Source of the DNA: a virus
Virus record (IMG/VR): IMGVR_UViG_3300025302_000002
Coordinates: 1 to 44,831 of that record
Direction: 5' to 3' (one strand)
Length of the DNA: 44,831 nucleotides
The translations under genes and the position numbers were made by a program. The notes under the pieces are model-generated. The model saw only the letters and a list, made by a program, of their open reading frames with translations. It did not search any database and was not told the DNA's origin. Below are positions 16,495 through 22,525 of this stretch, in pieces. How positions within the stretch are numbered: the stretch's first letter is position 1; each line of letters starts with the position of its first letter.

Positions 16495-17652
16495 ATGACC
16501 GATCTTCTGGCGCCTTCGATCTATCTTGGTCAGGTGGCTACACTTTGCTGGCAACCGAATTCGAGCGCCGGCAGTGGGACTGCGACTTGGATCATGGGGC
16601 GTTCGACGCACTATGCTCGCGAGAACATTGTCAACCCTACGCTGATCTTTGCCAATTTCTACGTCCCCTCGACCAACGCCGAGACCACGATCGGCGCCGG
16701 AACGATCAAGGCGTCAATCGAATACCCGGCCGGAACCTTCACGCTCTGCAATGAAGGCGAGATTTCATTCCCGAACGGCTTGACGGCGTTGACCTTCACG
16801 AACGTGGTCATCCCCTATGGGGCCAAGTTCTGGGTTCGCGCTCTCCAGAAGAACTCAAACGGGGTCATCTGGATCAACAACGGCACCGGAACTGCCGCGT
16901 CCGGCTGCGGCTTCGAATTCGGGACGGGAGCCGCTACCGACAAGACGGCAACCGGGACAGTGGCGGCTAGTACCAATAGCTACTACGGACCAATTGCGAT
17001 CCTTGCACCAACGCGCCGCCCCAGCGTTCTGATGCACGGCGACAGTCGAAACAGTCAGGGCCTCGACATTGTTTCAGACAATTCATACGATTATGGCGAG
17101 GCGCTCCGGTCGATTGGTCCGTCTTTTGGGTACACTTCACTGTCAACGTCCGGCGCGTCCTTGAGCGGCTACAAAAACAGCCATACCTACCGACAGCAAT
17201 TGGCGCAGTATTATTCGCACATCTGGAACGCATACGGCGTTAACGACATGAACGGCGCTGGGGCCAGTGCGGCGCAGCTCGCAGCAGACCAAGTGATTTT
17301 CAACGCCTATTCAGAGTTTACCGGCAAAACCATCATTGGACAGACGCTAACGCCGTTCACGACATCGACAGATAGCTTTGCCACGACGACCAATCAAACC
17401 ATCCAGATTTCGGATAAGATTCGAACGTACAATGATCTGGTGCGGGCGGGCATTACGGGGCAAACTTTCTACTTCGACGTATCCGATGCCGTCGATCCGC
17501 TGCGCTCCGGAAAATGGCCGGTGGAACGGAGCTTGGTGGGGTCCAGCGGAAGCGCGGGGTTCTCGACCACTGACGGTCTCCATGGAAACAAGACAATCCA
17601 TGCCCTCATCCGTGATCGCGGCGGCATCAATCTGAACTGGATCAGGCGGTAG
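16495..17652 (+). CDS. SGNH/GDSL-family hydrolase (esterase) with an N-terminal beta-rich domain (385 aa)
   Basis: Block I LMHGDSR, block III AYGVNDM, block V TTDGLHGN. The N-terminal ~180 aa have no recognised motif. Confidence 0.7.
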   Translation: MTDLLAPSIYLGQVATLCWQPNSSAGSGTATWIMGRSTHYARENIVNPTLIFANFYVPSTNAETTIGAGTIKASIEYPAGTFTLCNEGEISFPNGLTALTFTNVVIPYGAKFWVRALQKNSNGVIWINNGTGTAASGCGFEFGTGAATDKTATGTVAASTNSYYGPIAILAPTRRPSVLMHGDSRNSQGLDIVSDNSYDYGEALRSIGPSFGYTSLSTSGASLSGYKNSHTYRQQLAQYYSHIWNAYGVNDMNGAGASAAQLAADQVIFNAYSEFTGKTIIGQTLTPFTTSTDSFATTTNQTIQISDKIRTYNDLVRAGITGQTFYFDVSDAVDPLRSGKWPVERSLVGSSGSAGFSTTDGLHGNKTIHALIRDRGGINLNWIRR

Positions 17653-17664
17653 CCGCCCGCGCAC

Positions 17665-17901
17665 TCACGGCTTCTCCATCTTCTTGAGCAGCTTCCCGGC
17701 TTCCTCGATCGTCAGCGGCCGTCCCAGCGCCTTCTTCGGGATGGTCCGCGCCATGGCTGGCGAGAGTTCGTGGCACTCGGTCAGCTTGCCCGGTAGTCCT
17801 GCCATCACCGCCTTGAGCCTCGCATTGATCGGGTCTCCGGATTCCTGGATGAACACGCGCTTGCCGTCCTCGGTCTCGGAGACGATCCAGAAGAGGGGCA
17901 T
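17665..17901 (-). CDS. Hypothetical protein (78 aa)
   Basis: TGATG overlap with the upstream gene. Last gene of the - strand accessory arm. Confidence 0.55.
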   Translation of the reverse strand: MPLFWIVSETEDGKRVFIQESGDPINARLKAVMAGLPGKLTECHELSPAMARTIPKKALGRPLTIEEAGKLLKKMEKP

Positions 17902-18203
17902 CAGGGCCTGCGCCTCCTCTTGGCGGCCATAAACTCCTCAAGCCACCCGCGATCGGCGGTGAGCTCGTCCCATGCGGCTCGGAACTTTTTCATGCAGTCC
18001 CGGCGATCTATGCCGCGCCCTGAGGCTCGGCCGGCCCGCATCGGGATCACGAAATCGATCCCCCAGGTCCAGCCAATTTCCATGCTGGTGAAAGTCTTGA
18101 TGCCGATGGAGCCAACCTCAACGTCGCCAGCCTCGTCTTTGAGGATCACGCGGTAGTTGTCGATCACCTGCGGGTGGTTTTCTTTGCGTAGGAAGAGATC
18201 CAT
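17901..18203 (-). CDS. Hypothetical protein (100 aa)
   Basis: The pattern IGWTWGIDF...GRGIDRRDCMKKFRAAW recalls a small-protein family common in alphaproteobacteria. Function unknown. Confidence 0.55.
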   Translation of the reverse strand: MDLFLRKENHPQVIDNYRVILKDEAGDVEVGSIGIKTFTSMEIGWTWGIDFVIPMRAGRASGRGIDRRDCMKKFRAAWDELTADRGWLEEFMAAKRRRRP

Positions 18204-18233
18204 CCCCCATGATTCCGCGCGGGGCGAGGGTGG

Positions 18234-18317
18234 TCAAGGCCGGAACAGGCTCACCACGATCGCGACCGCCACGAGGATGAGCATGCAGTAGGCGGTGCGG
18301 CGGCCGATGCGGTACAT
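18234..18317 (-). CDS. Candidate 27-aa TM peptide, absent from the ORF track
   Basis: ATG is preceded by GAGGA. Translation is MYRIGRRTAYCMLILVAVAIVVSLFRP. Confidence 0.3.
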   Translation of the reverse strand: MYRIGRRTAYCMLILVAVAIVVSLFRP

Positions 18318-18348
18318 CCGAGCATCCTCAGGGTCAGCGGGGATGTGG

Positions 18349-18368
18349 CTTCATTAGCCTTCATTAGC
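18349..18368. repeat. Perfect tandem 10-mer CTTCATTAGC x2
   Basis: 18349-18358 equals 18359-18368. It overlaps the stop codon of ORF 18364..18540. Confidence 0.8.
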
Positions 18369-18540
18369 GATCTTTAGCTGGTTTTGTATACTTAGCTTCG
18401 ATCTCGTCCGCGATGTCCGCCATTCCAATCGCTCGGTGTAGTTCCATTTCGCCGGCATGGAATCCGCAATGCGTGCAATCGCCGTTCTCTTGGCGCTTGC
18501 AGCCTTCGAAATCACATGGCAACCATATCAAGTCGGTCAT
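18364..18540 (-). CDS. Small Cys-rich (zinc-ribbon-like) protein (58 aa), absent from the ORF track
   Basis: Strong SD GGAGGA lies 3 nt upstream of the ATG (CAT 18538-18540). The CDFEGC...CTHC pattern is present. Confidence 0.5.
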   Translation of the reverse strand: MTDLIWLPCDFEGCKRQENGDCTHCGFHAGEMELHRAIGMADIADEIEAKYTKPAKDR

Positions 18541-18568
18541 TGGTCCTCCTGAAAAAGCCGGTGCAATT

Positions 18569-18775
18569 ATGGTCAGACTTTATCTGCGCGAATGGCGCGA
18601 ACATCGCGGTCTCACTCAACAACAACTCGCTGAACGTGCCGGGATAGCTTTGCCGAACCTATCTAGGATTGAGGACGGTCAGATGCGCTGGCACTCGGAA
18701 CTTCTGGAGCAGATGGCGCTGGCTTTGGACCTGGACGATCCTAGGAAGGTTCTTTTCCCGCCAGAGCTTGGGTGA
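18569..18775 (+). CDS. XRE-family HTH transcriptional regulator (68 aa)
   Basis: ATG 18569. RGLTQQQLAERAGIALPNLSRIEDG is a classic HTH_3 pattern. It is the only + strand gene inside the - strand arm. Confidence 0.7.
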   Translation: MVRLYLREWREHRGLTQQQLAERAGIALPNLSRIEDGQMRWHSELLEQMALALDLDDPRKVLFPPELG

Positions 18776-18941
18776 TTGCGCAGGCGAGCGAAGTAATTGA
18801 TATCTCTTGCTTGACGCGCGGCCACTCAGAGCCAAGGAGAATCCACTCCCCGTCGTCGTGGGTGACGACATGGCCAGATTTCTCCAGCCAATCGACAATC
18901 GTTCGCTCAATGGCGGTGAAGCCAGTTGCGAGATCGGTCAC
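18741..18941 (-). CDS. Hypothetical protein (66 aa)
   Basis: Its 3' end converges on and overlaps the XRE gene by 35 nt. Overlaps the upstream gene stop. Confidence 0.5.
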   Translation of the reverse strand: MTDLATGFTAIERTIVDWLEKSGHVVTHDDGEWILLGSEWPRVKQEISITSLACAITQALAGKEPS

Positions 18942-19096
18942 TTCCGCCTCCGTATTGCATTTCGACTGGTAATCATCTTATAGCCGTCCTCGAACTCGAC
19001 GCAGCACGAGTTCATCTTCCCCCGCGCCGTAACCCGGCAGAATTGGCCTTTGCGACCCTGCCGATTCCAGAAGTAGACGTAGGGGAATTCAGCCAT
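18938..19096 (-). CDS. Small hypothetical protein (52 aa)
   Basis: Internal ATG at 19096 (MAEFPYVYFWNRQGRKGQFCRV...). 8-nt overlap with the upstream gene. Confidence 0.45.
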   Translation of the reverse strand: MAEFPYVYFWNRQGRKGQFCRVTARGKMNSCCVEFEDGYKMITSRNAIRRRK

Positions 19097-19328
19097 GGGG
19101 GTCTCGCGGTGATTGCCCACGACTTCGGTAGAGGTCCAGCCCTTGCTTGGTGATCTGGCATCGCACCTCATTTTCGTGGCCGCCCTCTAGAATATGGATT
19201 GCGTGAAGGCCGATGAGCTCGGAGATAACCGGTGGCGTTTTCCCGGTGTCGATCACGGCCAGTGTGGCATAGTCGTTTGTGGCCATCTGCCGCAGAAGTA
19301 TTTTGGCCGCTTCGCTAAGTTCTGTCAT
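19089..19328 (-). CDS. Hypothetical protein (79 aa)
   Basis: ORF-track ORF in a compact operon context. Confidence 0.5.
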   Translation of the reverse strand: MTELSEAAKILLRQMATNDYATLAVIDTGKTPPVISELIGLHAIHILEGGHENEVRCQITKQGLDLYRSRGQSPRDPHG

Positions 19329-19348
19329 GTCACTCTCGCGTTTGTCGC

Positions 19349-19543
19349 TTACGACTGCCGATCCGCAGCATTCCGGGCTTGGCAGAGGTCGGCTTCCTTG
19401 TCAGCCTCATGCTGAAGCAGCGTCTCCAGCATCGAACAGATCAGCGGGGCGAGGCTTCGGTAGTTCTCGGCGCCGGCCTCTTGCAGATCCTTGCGAGCGC
19501 TCTGGACGCCGCGAACGATAGTCTCAAGATCGTATGGGGTCAT
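19349..19543 (-). CDS. Hypothetical protein (64 aa)
   Basis: ATG 19543 is preceded by GAGAGGGAAACAG. Confidence 0.5.
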   Translation of the reverse strand: MTPYDLETIVRGVQSARKDLQEAGAENYRSLAPLICSMLETLLQHEADKEADLCQARNAADRQS

Positions 19544-19559
19544 CTGTTTCCCTCTCTGC

Positions 19560-19751
19560 TCAACTGCGTGGATGTGAATCGAGCGGAGCCTTGAAATACT
19601 CAAGGCGCGCAATCCCCACTTCGCGGACATACCCGGCGTTCAAGTCCTTCTGGACGTACTCATTGAATTGATCGTGCGTCATGCCAGGGCGCGCCCAATG
19701 CAGGATGTCCTCAACGTAGGCCTCGTCGTAATAAGCTGACTTTTTGCTCAT
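19560..19751 (-). CDS. Hypothetical protein (63 aa)
   Basis: ATGA overlap with the upstream HTH gene. Sequence begins MSKKSAYYDEAYVEDILHW... Confidence 0.5.
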   Translation of the reverse strand: MSKKSAYYDEAYVEDILHWARPGMTHDQFNEYVQKDLNAGYVREVGIARLEYFKAPLDSHPRS

Positions 19752-19939
19752 TCCACATCCTCCGGGTTCAGCTTCAGCTTGACGCACAGGCGCAGGAGCT
19801 TTGCGACCGGCTCCGGCACCGGATACTCGCCCAGCGCGTAGCCCTGAGACGTTCGCCGGCCGATCCCGAGCCAATCCCCCGCCCGTTGCTGAGAGAGCCC
19901 CAGCGCCTTTATAGCGGTCTTGTATTGGGTGGGGGTCAT
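19748..19939 (-). CDS. Small HTH DNA-binding protein (63 aa)
   Basis: GLSQQRAGDWLGIGRRTSQGYALG is an HTH-like pattern. Overlaps both neighbours. Confidence 0.6.
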   Translation of the reverse strand: MTPTQYKTAIKALGLSQQRAGDWLGIGRRTSQGYALGEYPVPEPVAKLLRLCVKLKLNPEDVE

Positions 19940-20118
19940 ATGGCCGCGCGCAGAGCGTTATTGATACCGGAAATGCGCAGATTGACCTTGCGAGCTTCAA
20001 GCCAGCAGATATGAGCCCATTGCTCGCCAGTTTCGGCAGATATCCTAAGACGGTCGATTTCATTCTGGATGTCTTCAATCTGGTCTTCTGTTGAAAGGTA
20101 TGCTGTGATCTCGGTCAT
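19936..20118 (-). CDS. Small acidic hypothetical protein (60 aa)
   Basis: ATG 20118 with GGAG 7 nt upstream. First gene after an intergenic inverted repeat. Confidence 0.5.
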   Translation of the reverse strand: MTEITAYLSTEDQIEDIQNEIDRLRISAETGEQWAHICWLEARKVNLRISGINNALRAAI

Positions 20119-20154
20119 GGTGTTGCTCCGTTCTGATGAAGCTAACCTATACGC

Positions 20155-20176
20155 GGAATTTGCGTTACGCAATTCC
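20155..20176. promoter_or_regulatory. Imperfect inverted repeat GGAATTTGCGT-T-ACGCAATTCC, candidate operator
   Basis: Lies in the 101-nt gap upstream of ORF 19936..20118, centred about 48 nt from its ATG. Confidence 0.45.
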
Positions 20177-20219
20177 TGCGTAATCACGTATTGTTTCAAT
20201 CCTCATCACCGCTCCTCGG

Positions 20220-20441
20220 TCAGGATCGCGTGGCCGCGGCGACCAGTGGGCCGCGCTTCTCGCCAAGATTATAGGCGTCTTCCAGAGCGGCGCTGATCTC
20301 GTCAACGATAGGGTGCGTGGTCCAGAAGTCGTGACTGACGGCTATTCGCTCAGCAATCGTCCTGAAGGGCTCGGCGTAATTCTCGGCGTCGAAGGCGTGC
20401 AGAGCATCCCAAGCCGGCGTCGATGTGATCTTGTTGCTCAT
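20220..20441 (-). CDS. Hypothetical protein (73 aa)
   Basis: ATG 20441 is preceded by GAGGA. Confidence 0.5.
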   Translation of the reverse strand: MSNKITSTPAWDALHAFDAENYAEPFRTIAERIAVSHDFWTTHPIVDEISAALEDAYNLGEKRGPLVAAATRS

Positions 20442-20448
20442 CGCGTCC

Positions 20449-20637
20449 TCACTGGCCATTCGGCACCGGGCGACTGGTCCTGGTGAAGTAGTTGATGCCG
20501 CGCTCGCCAACGTCGAAGCTGACGATATGCTCGTGAGGGCCTATCTCGTCGCCTCGGCGCATCAGTTCCTCCGCTAAGCGTCTCCAGCTTATGAAGCCGG
20601 CAACGCTCGACTCCTCATCCGTGATCTTGACGTGCAT
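20449..20637 (-). CDS. Hypothetical protein (62 aa)
   Basis: ORF-track ORF with tight spacing to its neighbours. Confidence 0.5.
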   Translation of the reverse strand: MHVKITDEESSVAGFISWRRLAEELMRRGDEIGPHEHIVSFDVGERGINYFTRTSRPVPNGQ

Positions 20638-20664
20638 GTCTCTCTCCGTGACCTTGCCGCACCG

Positions 20665-20877
20665 CTAGACCCGGCGCATCTCGTGAATCTGCTCGACCAG
20701 CATGTGGTTGAGTTCGTCGCTGCAATCATCCGGGTGAAGATCCTCGGCAATGATCATTTCGAGCGCGGCTACCCTTCGGCGCAGCTTCTCGATCTCATCG
20801 GCCGCCTTCATCTCCCATTCGCTGGGCGGGACGCAGTCGGTCGGCGTCCTCAGCATCTCGACAATGTCGTCCATCAT
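20665..20877 (-). CDS. Hypothetical acidic protein (70 aa)
   Basis: ORF-track ORF with a coiled-coil-like central part, EIEKLRRRVAALE. Confidence 0.5.
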   Translation of the reverse strand: MMDDIVEMLRTPTDCVPPSEWEMKAADEIEKLRRRVAALEMIIAEDLHPDDCSDELNHMLVEQIHEMRRV

Positions 20878-20903
20878 CTCTCTCCCCGCCTCACCGAGTA
20901 TCC

Positions 20904-21146
20904 CTACGCTGCGCCGGTCTGATAGGCGCTGAACCTCATACCGTGGACTGGTGCGAACGGCTTGCTGACTGGTGAAAGGATGCCTTCTCGGGACGCATCC
21001 CCGTCACCCCGCCAGTGATAGGTAATTGACAGTAGCGGCAACGGCGGATGCCATTGGTTCTCGATGGCGACGAACGCCGCGACGTCGTCATACGAGATCG
21101 TTGGATCGTCGTAGTCGGTCTCGATGCCGTTGATACTAATCTTCAT
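20904..21146 (-). CDS. Hypothetical protein with a beta-grasp/ubiquitin-like pattern (80 aa)
   Basis: KISINGIETDYDDPTISYDDVAAFV...LSITYHWRG...EGILSP...HGMRFSAYQTGAA follows the strand-helix-strand order I recall for multiubiquitin-type domains. Not verified. Confidence 0.5.
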   Translation of the reverse strand: MKISINGIETDYDDPTISYDDVAAFVAIENQWHPPLPLLSITYHWRGDGDASREGILSPVSKPFAPVHGMRFSAYQTGAA

Positions 21147-21457
21147 TTGTTTTGGTCCTTTCTGATCGTCAGCGCGCTCAGGCCCGCCATCGTCTCGTCG
21201 TGGCCGGGCAAATCCATCAGCGTTTCGGCTTCCAACTCACTCCGATAGCGGCACCATGCCGAACGGAAAACAGCCGCCTCCGGCTCGTTGATCCAGATGC
21301 CATTGGCCCAAACATCATGCTCACAGTCCCAGCGCGTGTGCTTGGTAATGACCATGATGCCGGGAACGCTGTTCTTCGGGTGCATCTCGATATGCTGCAC
21401 GTCGGCCAGCGGAACGATCACGGAGCCGCTGTAGATGCTTTCTGTAACTGTTTTCAT
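21143..21457 (-). CDS. Hypothetical protein (104 aa)
   Basis: ATGA overlap with the downstream gene. The C-terminal motif LPGHDETMAGLSAL is shared with ORF 27790..28269. Confidence 0.55.
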   Translation of the reverse strand: MKTVTESIYSGSVIVPLADVQHIEMHPKNSVPGIMVITKHTRWDCEHDVWANGIWINEPEAAVFRSAWCRYRSELEAETLMDLPGHDETMAGLSALTIRKDQNK

Positions 21458-21507
21458 CTCAAATTCTCCCGTGTTTGATAGGGGTACTCAGTGACCTCGT
21501 CGGACCA

Positions 21508-21753
21508 TCAGGCCGGTTGGAGCGCGGCCAGCGCCGCAACGATGTCCTTGCTTTCGACAACCTCGCCGGCATCATCGTAAGTCTCGGCTTTGCCGGACTC
21601 GAAATTGATGCACAGCGTCCCGGCAGGAAGGTTTATGCCCATCGCCGGCTCGAAGTCGTAAAGCATCATGATGAACGTATCCGACTGGTCCCAGCCGGTG
21701 GCCGTGCCGATCTTGCGGCCAAGCACTTCCCAATCAACGCGTTCGTCCGCCAT
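21508..21753 (-). CDS. Hypothetical protein (81 aa)
   Basis: ATG 21753. The longer ORF-track version would run into the tRNA. Confidence 0.5.
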   Translation of the reverse strand: MADERVDWEVLGRKIGTATGWDQSDTFIMMLYDFEPAMGINLPAGTLCINFESGKAETYDDAGEVVESKDIVAALAALQPA

Positions 21754-21773
21754 CTTTCGTCTCCTCTTGAAGG

Positions 21774-21850
21774 TGGAGCGGGCTGTGGGAATCGAACCCA
21801 CCTCTTTTCGATTTGGAAGACCGACGTACTTCCCAGAGTACTAAGCCCGC
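21774..21850 (-). tRNA. tRNA-Gly (anticodon UCC), CCA encoded, 6-nt variable region
   Basis: Hand-folded cloverleaf: acceptor GCGGGCU/AGCCCGC, D arm GUAC-UCUGGGAA-GUAC, anticodon arm UCGGU-CUUCCAA-AUCGA, T arm GUGGG-UUCGAUU-CCCAC, discriminator U, CCA. Confidence 0.75.
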
Positions 21851-21874
21851 ATACTCAGTGATCACATCGCAGCG

Positions 21875-22321
21875 TTAGAGTTCTTTCTCGAACAGCATCT
21901 TTTTCTGAAGAGGGTGCTTATCCACCCTAGGGCGGCTCGGGACGCTCCAGGATCTGCCCGGCGTCTCTCCGAGCATCCGCCAGCCCGTGCCCGCCAGGGA
22001 CGTTCCAGGCTCGCTGGCTAGGATGTAGGTTCCAATCCGTTTGAAGCCGAGGGCGAATGCGGCCCTGGCTGATGCCCCGTAAAGGAATGAGCAGGCGTTG
22101 CGGGTGCCGTCCGTGCAGAGGCGGGTGACCTCAGCCGTCAGCCCGTCGTCGCGAAACCTCGAGACCGGGCGGCCGACAATGGCGACCCCGACGATCTGAT
22201 CTCCTAGAGTGGCGCCGAGCGAGAACAGGTGCCCGACGACAGGCTTATGGTGCCTGTGGTGCTGGCTGACGAAGGCGTTCGCTTCGTCCAGACCTATCCT
22301 AATATGGCTCAGCTTCTGCAC
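21875..22321 (-). CDS. GNAT-fold protein of the XF1762/Mom-like type (148 aa)
   Basis: GTG start. Motifs ANAFVSQHHRHHKPVVGH, GVAIVGRPVSR, AEVTRLCTDGTRNACSFLYGA and SRPRVDKHP match a prophage family I recall as XF1762-like. Confidence 0.6.
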   Translation of the reverse strand: MQKLSHIRIGLDEANAFVSQHHRHHKPVVGHLFSLGATLGDQIVGVAIVGRPVSRFRDDGLTAEVTRLCTDGTRNACSFLYGASARAAFALGFKRIGTYILASEPGTSLAGTGWRMLGETPGRSWSVPSRPRVDKHPLQKKMLFEKEL

Positions 22322-22323
22322 GG

Positions 22324-22364
22324 CATCTCCACGCCGCGCGTCGCGGCTTTTTGCGGTGGAGATG
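22324..22364. promoter_or_regulatory. Nested hairpin: outer stem CATCTCCAC/GTGGAGATG enclosing GCCGCG-CGT-CGCGGC plus T5
   Basis: On the - strand mRNA the outer stem pairs the GGAG Shine-Dalgarno of the GNAT gene. On the + strand the inner hairpin plus TTTTT (22333-22352) looks like an intrinsic terminator. Confidence 0.5.
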
Positions 22365-22472
22365 ACTGACTTACCGACGATTCCTCAGATACATTGGTTT
22401 CTTAACATGACACCGCACAAGTCGGAACTTCTACTGCAAGTGCATGATAAGTGGTAACTATTTTCTGAAGCC

Positions 22473-22488
22473 GTCAGTCAGTCAGTCA
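22473..22488. repeat. (GTCA)4 tetranucleotide repeat in the int-proximal AT-richer gap (putative attP region 22365-22525)
   Basis: gtcagtcagtcagtca, followed by a further cagtca at 22494-22499. It lies 38 nt downstream of the integrase stop. Confidence 0.8.
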
Positions 22489-22525
22489 TCTATCAGTCAA
22501 AGCGTACTCTTTACGTCCCGAGGGC

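Noticed and set aside
18413-18568. N-terminal 52-aa extension of the XRE ORF (the track version is 18413-18775).
   Set aside because: The extension has non-protein-like composition. The opposite strand carries a Cys-rich ORF with a strong GGAGGA SD. The HTH domain begins at ATG 18569.
21774-21850. tRNA-like sequence as a mere att-site remnant (partial tRNA).
   Set aside because: All four arms, the discriminator and CCA are present and pair correctly, so it is a full-length gene. A role as attP is still possible and is listed as a hypothesis.
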